A DNA stretch of 60,213 bases from an uncultured Gemmatimonadaceae bacterium (lineage in GTDB: Bacteria; Gemmatimonadota; Gemmatimonadetes; Gemmatimonadales; Gemmatimonadaceae): the NCBI GenBank assembly GCA_963751275.1, contig CAVVTZ010000003.1, positions 1 to 60,213 on the forward strand. Reading direction: 5' to 3'. This document shows, one piece after another, positions 10,737 through 21,104 of the stretch. How positions within the stretch are numbered: position 1 is the stretch's first letter; each line of letters begins with the position of its first letter. The notes beneath the pieces are model-generated. The model was not told the origin of the DNA, made no database searches, and saw nothing but the letters and a program-made list of their open reading frames with translations. A program made the position numbers and the translations under genes.

Positions 10737-12341
10737 ATGCCGAGCGTTTCCGACGAACCGGCGCCGTCCGCATCCACGTGGGCACCGCTGCGCGCGGGAC
10801 CGTACCGCGCGATCTGGTTCGCCGACGTCACCAGCAACATCGGCGGCTGGATGCAGACCGTCGGTGCGCAATGGCTGCTCGTGGGCGTGCCGCACGCCGC
10901 GATCTACGTGTCGCTCGTGCTCGCCGCGGACATGGTGCCCGATCTCCTCTTCGGCATGGTGGGCGGCGTGCTCGCGGACACGTACGACCGGCGACGGCTG
11001 CTGATCGTCGTACAGATCGGGCTCGCCATCACCTGCGGCGCGCTCACGGTGCTCACGTATCTGCACCGGATGCCGCCGGAGCTGCTGCTCGCCTTCACGC
11101 TGATGCTCGGCTTCGGCTCGGTGCCGGTGAACCCCGCGTTCCAGGCGATCACGCCGGAGCTCGTTCCGCGCGCCCAGCTCCCGGCGGCGGCGGTGCTCAG
11201 CGGCGTGAGCATCAATCTCGCGCGCGCCATCGGTCCCGCGCTGGCGGGCATCATGATCGCGCGGATCGGCGTGGCCTCGGTGTTCGCGGTGAACACGGCG
11301 ACTTTCCTCCTGTTCGCGGTCGTCATTGCGGCCTGGCGCCCGAAGGCCGAAGCCGCGCCGCGCGCGCCGGAGCAATTCGGCTCGGCGCTGCGCGCCGGCG
11401 GCCGCTACATCCGCTACGCGCCGGTCGTCCGTCGCATCTTTCTGCGCGCCGCGCTCTTCCTCGTACCCGGCAGCGCGCTGTGGGCGCTGCTGCCGCTCAT
11501 CGCGAGCGAGCGCCTCGGAAAGGGACCCGATTTCTACGGGGTGATGCTCGGCGCGCTCGGCGCCGGCGCGGTGGGCGGCGCGTTCATTTTGCCGTGGCTT
11601 CGCGCGCGCCTGTCACCGAATCCGGTGGTGGTGGCCACGAGCGCGGTGTTCGCGGCCGCCCTCGCGGTGGTGGTGCTCGCGCGGAACCCGGTCGTGACGC
11701 TCATCGTGCTGGTGCCCGCGGGCGTCGCGTGGATCGCGCTGCTGTCGAGCTTTAACGCATCGATGCAGCTCTTCCTGCCGGGCTGGGTGCGCGCGCGCGG
11801 GCTTTCGGTCTATCGGATGGTGTTCTTCGGATCCCAGGCGCTGGGCGCCCTGCTTTGGGGAGCGCTGGCCAACGGCACCGGCCTCGTGCCGGCCTTCCTC
11901 GCCGCGGCCGTGCTCATGGCGGCGGGCGCGTGCACGATCCGCATCTGGCCGCTGTTCGACACCAAGGCAATGGACCGCAGCCGCGTCGTGTATTGGGACG
12001 AGCCCCAGCTCCCGGCAGAGGCCGACGCGGACGACGGGCCGGTGGTGGTCAGCAATACGTACACGATCGCGGCGGAGCACGAGGAGGAATTCCTGCGCGC
12101 CATGGAGCGCGTGCGGCTCTCGCGGCTGCGCACCGGCGCCACCCAGTGGGGCCTCTTCCGCGACGTGGAGCACGCCCGCCAGTTCGTCGAGATCTTCACG
12201 GTGCCTACGTGGGACGAGCACCAGCGGCAGCACGCGGAGCGACAGACCGGCACCGATCGCGCGTTCGTGCACGAAGCGAATGCGCTGTCGCATCCGGCGC
12301 CGCGCTCGGAACACTATATCGCCACGCAAACGCGGAGCTGA
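10737..12341 (+). CDS. MFS transporter, MFS_3/DUF894 type with soluble C-terminal domain
   Basis: 'SNIGGWMQTVGAQW', 'GGVLADTYDRRRLL', 'NLARAIGPALAG', C-terminal 'RLRTGATQWGLFRD...WDEHQRQH'. Confidence 0.92.
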   Translation: MPSVSDEPAPSASTWAPLRAGPYRAIWFADVTSNIGGWMQTVGAQWLLVGVPHAAIYVSLVLAADMVPDLLFGMVGGVLADTYDRRRLLIVVQIGLAITCGALTVLTYLHRMPPELLLAFTLMLGFGSVPVNPAFQAITPELVPRAQLPAAAVLSGVSINLARAIGPALAGIMIARIGVASVFAVNTATFLLFAVVIAAWRPKAEAAPRAPEQFGSALRAGGRYIRYAPVVRRIFLRAALFLVPGSALWALLPLIASERLGKGPDFYGVMLGALGAGAVGGAFILPWLRARLSPNPVVVATSAVFAAALAVVVLARNPVVTLIVLVPAGVAWIALLSSFNASMQLFLPGWVRARGLSVYRMVFFGSQALGALLWGALANGTGLVPAFLAAAVLMAAGACTIRIWPLFDTKAMDRSRVVYWDEPQLPAEADADDGPVVVSNTYTIAAEHEEEFLRAMERVRLSRLRTGATQWGLFRDVEHARQFVEIFTVPTWDEHQRQHAERQTGTDRAFVHEANALSHPAPRSEHYIATQTRS

Positions 12342-12342
12342 G

Positions 12343-12996
12343 ATGACCGGATTCCCCAAGGACATCTATACCGAACCCGAGCCCGACGTGAACACGCTGG
12401 CCCATCTCGGCCCGCTCGCGGCGATGGCGGGCATTTGGATGAGCGCGCAGGGCATGGATGTCAATCCCAAGGCCGACGGGCCGGAACATCAGCCGTTCGT
12501 CGAGCGCCAGTCATTGCAGCCCATCGACGCGCAGACGAATGGGCCTCAGCTGTACTACGGTCTGCGCTATCACACGCACATCGTGAAGCCGGGCGAGGTG
12601 GAGACCTTGCACGATCAAGTCGGCCACTGGTTGTGGGAGCCGGCGACCGGGACGGTGATCCAGACTCTTTCGATCCCGCGCGGGCAGATCGCGATGGCGG
12701 TGGGGCGCGCGGCGCCCGATGCGAAGTCGTTCCGCCTCGAAGCGGTCCGCGGCTCGGAGACGAACGGCATCGTGTCGAATCCGTTCCTGGAGTACGCGTT
12801 CAAGACCGTGAGTTACACGATCACCGTCACCATCAACGCCGACGGCACGTGGTCGTACGAGCAGACCACGGTGCTGATCATCCCCGGGCAGACGGAGCCG
12901 TTCCAGCACACGGATCGCAACACATTGACGAAGATCGGCGAGCCCACGCCGAATCCCACCGCGTTGGCGGCGTCGAGGATGGCGCGGTCAGGCTGA
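12343..12996 (+). CDS. Nitrobindin/FABP-like heme-binding beta-barrel (DUF1794)
   Basis: 'LGPLAAMAGIW', 'QTNGPQLYYGLRYH', 'HDQVGHWLWEP', 'FQHTDRNTL'; 1 bp after the MFS stop. Confidence 0.8.
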   Translation: MTGFPKDIYTEPEPDVNTLAHLGPLAAMAGIWMSAQGMDVNPKADGPEHQPFVERQSLQPIDAQTNGPQLYYGLRYHTHIVKPGEVETLHDQVGHWLWEPATGTVIQTLSIPRGQIAMAVGRAAPDAKSFRLEAVRGSETNGIVSNPFLEYAFKTVSYTITVTINADGTWSYEQTTVLIIPGQTEPFQHTDRNTLTKIGEPTPNPTALAASRMARSG

Positions 12997-13027
12997 GTCC
13001 GGCCACCCCCGCTCAACGAGGTCAAGC

Positions 13028-13545
13028 ATGATGAAGATCGCCCATCTGTCCATCGTTCTGTCGCTCTCCGCCGCGCGTCTCCCGTCGCAATCGCTGCCCG
13101 CCGACTCGGCTGTTCGATCGGCTGGTCGGCCACTGGGTGCTGCGCGGCCCGATGGCTCGAGCAGGCCATGACCACGATGTCGTGCACTTCGAGTGGATGC
13201 TCGGCCGCGAGTACGTCGCGGATGCACGAGGTGTCGCGCGAGCGCGACGGCGAACGGTACGCCGGCCTACGAAGCGATCGTCTGTTCGGCCGCGATCCGA
13301 ACACCGGCGAGTATGCCTGTCTCTGGATCGACAACACGATGTCCAGCGCGTTCGATCCGGCGGGTACTGGGCGGGGCATCGTGGCGGGCGATTCCATCCC
13401 ATTCCTCTTCCACTACACCGCGATGACGAGCTTCCACACCACGTTCGTCTACAGCGCCGCGACGGACTCGTGGCAATGGCACATGGACAACGACAGCGCC
13501 GGCGTTCGCCGGCCCTTCGCCCGCGTCACGCTGACGCGGCAATAG
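13028..13545 (+). CDS. Secreted DUF1579-like beta-barrel protein (frameshifted)
   Basis: Signal peptide, 'DRLVGHWVLRG', 'EWMLGREY', 'YACLWIDNT', 'WQWHMD...FARVTLTR'. Confidence 0.6.
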
Positions 13546-13633
13546 CGACGGCCTCCTCTGGTGCCGTCGAGCACCCGTCGATAGGTTCGTGCGCCGATCA
13601 ACGACAACCTTCCTCTCGCTTCCCATGGGACTC

Positions 13634-15552
13634 ATGACGCGCGCCGCCAGGTTCCTCCTCGTTCCACGATCGTGCTGCTCGCCACCGCGATGACGCGCTC
13701 GCGTGCCGCCGAGCCGGTCGCGCCGAACGGCAACCGGCAGCCCGCCGGCACGCTCGCGAACGGCGTGCTCACGATCGCGCTCGAGGCGCGCACCGGCGTG
13801 TGGTATCCGGAGGGCGAGCACGGCGTCGCGCTCGAGGTCGCCGCTTTCTCCGAAGTGGGGAAGCCAATGTCCACGCCCGGCCCGATGATCCGCGTCCCCG
13901 CCGGCACCACGGTGCGCGGCACCATGCGCAACCTGCTCGACAAGCCGCTCGTCCTCTTCGGCCTCGGGAAGACGCGCGGCCCCGCCGACAGCATCATCGT
14001 GCCCGTGAACGCAACGGCCGATTTCGAATTCGTGGCGCAGGCGCCGGGCACCTACTTCTACCTCGGCCTCCGGTCGTACGATTTCCTCGGCGACCGCGCG
14101 AACGGCGATCAACAGCTCAACGGCGCGATCATCGTGGATCCGCCCGGCGCTCCGCGCGCAGCCAACGATCGCGTCATGGTCATATCGTGGAACGGGGCGA
14201 TCGATACGGCGAGCAAGACCGGCCTCGACCGCTTCACGATGGTCATCAACGGGCTCTCCTGGCCGCACACCGAGCGGCTCGACTACACGCAGGGCGACTC
14301 CGTGCACTGGCGGGTGATCAATCTCACGGAGAGCGATCACCCGATGCACCTGCACGGATTCTATTTCCGCGTGGAGTCGAAGGGCAACGGCGCGGTCGAC
14401 ACGATCTACTCCGTGGCGCAGCAGCGCATGGCGGTCACGGAAGTGATCGATCCGTTCAAGACGATGACGCTGTCGTGGAAGGCGGATCGCGCCGGCAACT
14501 GGATCTACCACTGCCACTACGCGATGCATCTCTCCAGTTACGTCGCGCTCGATTCGAAGGGCGGCGCGATGGCCATGCCGATGACCATGGCGCATACCTC
14601 GGACGCGCCGCACCGAATGTTCGGGCTGGTCATGGGGATCCGCGTCGCGCCCCGCGGCGCCCAGGCGATGGCGCCCGCGCATCCGCGCGCCATTCGCATC
14701 CTCGTCCGCGAGAAGGCGGATTACTACGGCACGGAGGCGGCGTACTCCTTCGTGATCGCCGGCACCATGGGCGCGCGTGATCCCACGTCAATGTCCATTC
14801 CCGGCGAGCCGCTCATCCTCGAGCGCGGCCAGCCGGTGGCGATCACGATCGTGAACACCACGAACGATCACGCGACCATCCACTGGCACGGCATCGAGCT
14901 CGAGAGCTACCCCGATGGCGTTCCCGGATGGAGCGGCTCGGGCGCGAACATCATGCCGGCGATCGCGCCGCACGATTCGCTCACGGTGCGCTTCACGCCG
15001 CCGCGCGCGGGCACCTTCATGTATCACTCGCATTTCAGCGAGGTGAAGCAGATCGGCGGCGGCGCGTACGGCCCGATCATCGTGCTCGAGCCCGGGCAGA
15101 AGTACGACCCGGCGACCGACAAGATCCTCTTCTTCGGAACGGCCGGCTACGGCGTGAATCCGGTGTTCGGCCCCTACCCGGCGATCCTGATGAACGGCAA
15201 GGCGCAGCCGCTGCCGATGGACCTCAAGGCCGGCACGCGCTATCGCTTCCGGCTGCTGAGTCTCGCGGGCGACAGCCCGCTCGCCTTCGCGCTGAAGGAC
15301 GGCGCGGCCCCCGTCACGTGGAAGTTCGTCGCGAAGGACGGCTACACGCTGCCGCCCGCGCAGGCGACGGACCGGCCGGCCACGCTCATGTTCGATCCGG
15401 GGGAGATCTACGATTTCGAATACACGCCGGCCGCGAAGGGCGAACTGGCGCTGACGTTCGGCCCGCCGCTCCCGCCGCCCGGATCACCGCCGCCGCCGCC
15501 GGTCTTCGCGCCATTCCCGGCGACGATCACGGTGCCGGTTCACGTCAACTGA
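13634..15552 (+). CDS. Multicopper oxidase, four cupredoxin-like domains with reversed copper-motif order
   Basis: HPMHLHG and WIYHCHYAMH precede IHWHG and FMYHSH; start likely ATG 13634 with a frameshift in the signal peptide. Confidence 0.88.
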
Positions 15553-15572
15553 CGCATGGAACGGCGTAGCTA

Positions 15573-15730
15573 GGGCCTAGTACCGCTTGAAGGGCGCGTC
15601 TAGGAGGCAGCGTGTTGTACGGCTCGGCGGGAGTGGAACGACGCACTACACACGCTGGCCGCGGTACCACTCCCGCCGAGGAGTACAACACGCTGCCTCC
15701 CAGACGCGCCCCTCAAGCGGTACTAGGCCC
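15573..15730. repeat. ~158-bp palindromic element, family A copy 1 (MITE/REPIN-like)
   Basis: Arms of ~67 bp (GGGCCTAGTACCGCTTGA...CGGCGGGAGTGG and its reverse complement) with about 5 mismatches and a ~24-nt loop. Confidence 0.92.
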
Positions 15731-15745
15731 CACACGCGCCGTAGA

Positions 15746-18170
15746 TCAGTCGGTGTGGAGTGCCACCATCGGATCCACTCGTGTCGCTCTCCGGGCGGGC
15801 ACGAAGCAGGCAGTGAGTCCGACGAGCGTGAGTACAACGACGACCCCGCTGTAGATGAAGGGGTCGAGGGGCTGCACATCGAATAGCAGCACCTGCGAAC
15901 CGTACGCGACTCCCACCGCGAGTCCGAGGCCGAGCGGGATGCCGAGCGCGATCTGCCAGAGTCCCTGCCGGAAGATGAGCCCGAGCACCTGCGAACCCTT
16001 CGCGCCGAGCGCCATGCGAATGCCCACTTCGCGCGTGCGGCGGCTCACCGAGAAGCTCATCACGGCATATAGGCCCACCGACGCGAGAAAGAGCGCGATG
16101 CCGCCGAAGATCATGAACATCACGCCGAACACGCGGATGAACCACGTGGGCTGGGCGTACGCCTTCTCCATCGAGTTCACGCGGTAGATCGGGATGTCGG
16201 GCTGCAGCTGCGCGACGATCTCGCGCACGGGAGTCGAGAGCGACATCGGTGCTGCCGCGGTGCGCACGGCCATGCTGACGAAATTCTCGTGGTGCTGCGC
16301 CAGCGGCACGTAATACATGGGCGCGCGCGGTTCATCGGTGTCGCCGGTGTACATCGTCGGCACGACGCCCACGATCGTCCGCCACGGCTGCGTGCTCTGC
16401 AGTCCGCCCTGCCGGATGCGGTGACCGATGGGGTCCACGCCCGGGAAGTACTTGTCGGCCATCGCCTGATTCACGACGATCACCGGATTCCCGCCGGCGC
16501 GGTCGTTCACGTCGAGCAGGCGCCCGCTCGTCGAGCGGATCCGGAAGGTATCCCAGTAGCCGGGCGAGACGGAAACGAATCGCACGCGCGGCACGTCGTT
16601 CTGCGTCGCGTAGGCGACGCCGTCCACCATCATGCTCCCCCCATCGCTCCCGGTGCCGGGGAGCACCGACGTGATCGCGGCCGCCTGGACGCCCGGCAGC
16701 GCGGCGAGCCGTTCGCGCAGCCGGTCGTAGAACTGGGCCTGGGTCAGCGTGTCGATGTTGCCGCTGGCCGGGAAGCCGACGCGCGCGGTGAAGATGTTCG
16801 CGATCTGGAAGCCCGGGTCCATCCGCTGCAGGTTGGTCACGCTCTTGATCATGAGGCCGCTGGCGACGAGCAGGCCGCACGACAGCGCGATCTCCGCCAC
16901 GACCAGCGCGCGGCTCACGATGCCGATCTTCAGGCTCGACGAGCCGCGCGTCTCGTCCTTGAGCACTTCGTTGATGTCGGTGCGCGAGGACTGCAGCGCC
17001 GGGATCGCGCCCGACAGCAGCGTCGCGAGCACCGCGAGCGCGATGACGAAGGCGAGCACGGGCGGATGCAGCCCGATGTCGATCCAGCTGGGTGGCTGCG
17101 CATCCACGAGGTACACGTTGAACGCACGGATCCCGAGATACGCGACGCCGGTGCCGAGCAGTGCGCCGGCGGCGGCGAGCACGAGCGCCTCCGTCAGGAA
17201 CTGGCGGATCACCGCCGCGCGCGTCGCGCCGAGCGCGGTGCGTACGCTGATCTCCTTGGCGCGGTGCGCCGCGCGTTCGAGCAGCAGGTTCGCGACGTTG
17301 GCGCAGGCGATGAGCAGCACGAAGAACACCGCGAACGAGCATCGCGTACAGGAGCTTGATGCGGCTGCGGCCCGATCTCCGCGTCGGTGTATGGCATCGC
17401 GGTCGCACCGATCCCTTCGTTCGTTTCCTTGAACTCGCGTGGCGAGCCCCTTCGCGATCGACGCCATGTCCGCCGACGCGCCGGCTCGACACTCACACCG
17501 TCCTTGAGCGTGGCGACCACCGTCACGCTGCGCATTTCGTCCCGCTTGCCGACGAGCGGATCATCCTGCATCGGCACCCAGAGGTCGGCGTTGTCCGGCA
17601 GCCGGAATCCCTCCGGCATCACACCGACGATCGTGTACGGCTGCCCATTGACGCGCATCACCTGGCCGAGCACGCGTGCGCGCGCCGCCGAACCGGCGCT
17701 GCCACATGCCGTAGCCGATGATGGCGACCTTCGCGCCGTTCGGGGAATCCTCGCCGGCGGTGAACACGCGCCCGAGCAGCGGCGGCGTTCGCATGATGTC
17801 GAAGAACGAGGTCGTCACCCACGCGCCCGCGTACCGCTCCGGGTAGATCGGTGCCACTCACGTTCATCGTGCCGTCGGTGTACCCGGCCATCTTCGCGAA
17901 GCTGTGCTGCTGCTCGCGGTAGTCGAAGTATTCGACCCACGGCATGTCCATGCGCGTGATGTTCCGCGTCGCGACGTTCCGGTTCACTTCCACGATGCGC
18001 GAGCCCTCGGGGTAGGGCAGTCCCTTCATGAGCGCCCCGTACACGATGCTGAACATCGTGGTGGTGACGCCGATGCCGAGCGTCAGCGCGAGCGTGGCGA
18101 AGAGCGTGACGCCCGGGCTCTTGATCAGCGAGCGGAACCCGTAGCGGATGTCGCGGAGGATCGCGTCCAT
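15746..18170 (-). CDS. ABC transporter permease, duplicated MacB/FtsX (ADOP-like) type; frameshifted
   Basis: 'MDAILRDIRYGFRSL', 'VLLIACANVANLLL', 'RTREVGIRMALGA', 'PARRATRVDPMVAL'. Confidence 0.92.
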
Positions 18171-18243
18171 GGTGGTCCGGGTGGGGTCACTTTCCACGAC
18201 GGCGCACGGGCGCGCGATGTTTCAGCGTCGGAGAGGCGCGTGT

Positions 18244-18402
18244 GGGCCCTAGTACCGCTGAGACGGCGCGTCTAGGAGGCAGCGTGTGGTACGGCTCGGC
18301 GGGAGTGGAACGACACACTACAACCGCCGGCAGTCTTACCACTCCCGCCGAGCCCTACCACACGCTGCCTCCTAGACGCGCCCCTCAAGCGGCACTAGTC
18401 CC
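18244..18402. repeat. ~158-bp palindromic element, family A copy 2
   Basis: Same arms as 15573-15730 (CTAGTACCGC...GGCGCGTCTAGGAGGCAGCGTGT...CGGCGGGAGTGGAACGAC), same orientation, partly different loop. Confidence 0.92.
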
Positions 18403-18411
18403 CAAGAGCCA

Positions 18412-18693
18412 TTAGTGCACGTAGCCGCCCAGAGTCACGGCGAGAACGACCAGCCCCATGACCGCCTGCGTCGTGCACCACGCGAACCACGTGATGTCCG
18501 GGCGCCGGCGCCAGAAGAGCCAGCCGAGGCCGGCGATGATCGCGCCCGTCAGCACGGCGATGAAGACGAACCCCTTGAGGTGATCCGGGTAGGCCAGCGG
18601 GTTCATGCGGATGATGTACGCCGACGCGAGATGCCCGCACAGGCCGATCACGAGCAGGGCGACGCCGAGCCACGCTTTCGCATTGCGAGTCAT
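18412..18693 (-). CDS. Small membrane protein (3 predicted TM helices)
   Basis: 93 aa, hydrophobic segments, GGAG RBS, immediately downstream of padR. Confidence 0.7.
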   Translation of the reverse strand: MTRNAKAWLGVALLVIGLCGHLASAYIIRMNPLAYPDHLKGFVFIAVLTGAIIAGLGWLFWRRRPDITWFAWCTTQAVMGLVVLAVTLGGYVH

Positions 18694-18713
18694 GTTCGCT
18701 CCGGAAGTGGTTG

Positions 18714-19304
18714 CTACTCCACCGAGTCCAGCTCCTTCGCCGCGCGCCGGAGGATCTCGGCGATCTTCTCGATCTGGGCGGGCGTCGCGCCGCCCTTCAT
18801 GACGATGCGCGCGTACGCGCGGCCGAGCTGGCCCATCGCTTCGTGCGCACTCATCATCGGCCGTCCGCCGAAGAGCGATTCGCCGAATTGCACGAGGCGC
18901 TCGAGCACGTCGTCCACCGTGGTGCGATTCTCGGCGAGGTACTTCCGGCCTTCGTCGGTGATGGCGTACACCTTCTTGCCCGACTCCTCGAGCGTGGCCT
19001 TGGCGTAGTCCATTTCTTCGAGCAGGCTCAGCGTGGGATACACCGTGCCGGGGCTGGGCGAGTAGCCGCCACCGGACTTCTCTTCCAGGGCTTTGATGAT
19101 GTCATAGCCGTGACGCGGCTTCTCTTCGAGCAGCTGCAGGATCACGAGCTTGAGGTCGCCTTGGTCGAACATGCGGCCGCCGCGGCGGAATCCGCGTCCG
19201 CGGCCGGGCCCGAAGGCGAAGGCGGCGAACCCGGAGTCGCCGAACCAGTCGTGGCGGCCATGGCGGTGGCGCTGGTGGTGAGAGGGATCGCAGTGGCGGT
19301 GCAT
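18714..19304 (-). CDS. PadR-family transcriptional regulator with His-rich N-terminus
   Basis: 'GDLKLVILQLLEEKPRHGYDIIKALEE..GGYSPSPGTVYPTL..LEE..KKVYAITDEG'; AGGAG RBS. Confidence 0.93.
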   Translation of the reverse strand: MHRHCDPSHHQRHRHGRHDWFGDSGFAAFAFGPGRGRGFRRGGRMFDQGDLKLVILQLLEEKPRHGYDIIKALEEKSGGGYSPSPGTVYPTLSLLEEMDYAKATLEESGKKVYAITDEGRKYLAENRTTVDDVLERLVQFGESLFGGRPMMSAHEAMGQLGRAYARIVMKGGATPAQIEKIAEILRRAAKELDSVE

Positions 19305-19315
19305 TGTGGTTCTCC

Positions 19316-19356
19316 TAGATATAACGAGATAGAACTAAGATATATCGTGCTATATC
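19316..19356. promoter_or_regulatory. Candidate PadR operator/divergent promoter
   Basis: AT-rich patch with palindrome GATATATC (19339-19346) and near-copy GATATAAC (19318-19325) 21 bp away. Confidence 0.4.
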
Positions 19357-19487
19357 ACTCGCAAGGGGGCCTGCGCGGTCCGCCAATTTGGTAATACCGA
19401 AGGAGTACCGAAGATCGAATGGCCCTACTATATCTACTGCTCCGGCCCGGTTGCCCACCCGATCCGAAGACCTCGAGAGGTGCCGCT

Positions 19488-19853
19488 ATGCCTACTTCAA
19501 TGAACGGCAAGATCTGCTACATCGAAGTGCCCGCGACAGATGTCGCGAAGTCCGCGGACTTCTACCGTGCGGTGTTCGGATGGACGATGCGAACGCGCGG
19601 CGACGGCGCGACGGCATTCGACGACACTACTGGAGAGGTCAGCGGCGCGTTCGTGCTGAAGCGGCCGCCGGCGTCGGCGCCAGGGCTGCTCATTTACATC
19701 ATGGTAGACAGTGTGAAGGCCGCGGTGGAGTCGGTCGTCGCGCACGGCGGCGAGATCGTGCAACCGCTCGGCGTGGACGCGCCGGAGATCACGGCCCGCT
19801 TCCGCGATCCCGGCGGCAATATCATCGGTCTCTATCAGGAGCCGGGCAAATAG
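19488..19853 (+). CDS. VOC/glyoxalase-family protein
   Basis: 'GKICYIEVPATDVAKSADFYRAVFGW', 'ARFRDPGGNIIGLYQ'. Confidence 0.92.
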   Translation: MPTSMNGKICYIEVPATDVAKSADFYRAVFGWTMRTRGDGATAFDDTTGEVSGAFVLKRPPASAPGLLIYIMVDSVKAAVESVVAHGGEIVQPLGVDAPEITARFRDPGGNIIGLYQEPGK

Positions 19854-20937
19854 CGCCCGCTGCAACTACTGCGGCGGCTTCGCCACGGACGGCGGCGGCG
19901 GTGATGGCGGCGGTGATGGCGGCGATGCCGGCGCTGGCGGCGGCGGCGTGGGATGGATCTCCACGCGCGGCGCTTCGAAGCGTGGCCCGGGCTGCGGCGC
20001 AGCTTGCGGCGGTGACGGCGCAGGCGGCGGCTGATGGCGGCGCGAACGATCTGATCAGCGGCGGCAACGTGCGCGGTGGCGCCGGCGCAGGCGTCGCGGT
20101 GCTCGGTGGAGCCGGATCCACCCGCGGCGGATCGGGATACCGAACGCGCGGTGCGGTGGCGGGGCCGCCGAGGTTCATCGGTCGCGTGGACGAAGGCGGA
20201 GGCAAGGATGCGGGCGGCGCGGATGCCGGCGGCGGCGGTGCGTCCGGTGTTCCGGCGTCGCCACAGCCGCCGCAGATGAACACGCCACCCACCGGCGCGG
20301 TGCACGCATCGCCGATCCCGCAGTCCGAGTATGCGACTTCCGTTGCCGCCATCGGTTGCGAGTCCGCTCCGAGACTGGCGATATCGTCGGCGCCGGGCAC
20401 CTCGTACTGCACCAGATCATCGTCGAACGATCCGCCGCTCATCCGCCCGGTGATCGCCGCGAGCGCGCGTTCAGGATCCGCGGCGAGCTGCGATGAGTCC
20501 TCGCTGCTGATCGACCATTTTCCGCGGCGAGTGAACATTGAGAAATGGAAGGGCACCGTCGAGTACGCCGCGTACACGAGCCCGGCGCCGGGCAAGCCAC
20601 CCACCTCGAACGAATACCGTCCGTGCGCACCGCGCACCGCCATGTCGCCGCCGCGCACGAACGCATCCGCGCCGGGCGATGCGGGGAAGATCACGTGCGC
20701 GAGCCCGTCGGGATCCACCTGGATGACCACGACGTAGCCGTCCTCGCGTGTCGACACGAGCACCTCGGCCCAGTCGCCGCTCGCGTATCGATCGCGATCC
20801 AGCGCCAGCCGGATGACCGCCGGCTGGTCGGCCGAGTCGCCGCGCGCCTGCGCCGCCGCCGTTGAGCGAGCGGCCGGGCAGAGCACAAGCGTTATGATCA
20901 GTGCCTTCATCATGCGATGCGACATTGTGCCCTCCAT
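19835..20937 (-). CDS. Secreted DUF4384-domain protein with Pro/Gly-rich tail (probable frameshift in tail)
   Basis: Signal peptide; 'LDRDRYASGD..V..STREDGYVVVIQVDPDGLAHVIFPASPGAD.FVRGG'. Confidence 0.65.
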
Positions 20938-21104
20938 ACCCAGGCGCCGCCGCGGCCCGATGCACTGCGCCGGCGTTCCTATTCGTGCTACGCCCGGCGT
21001 GACGGAAGCGTTGCGGCACCCGTCGCGACCGCTTGCGGCGGGTCACTGGTTTTCGCGGCACGACTGGTTAACAATTCGAATCGCTCCGAACGGAGAGAGT
21101 CCTC

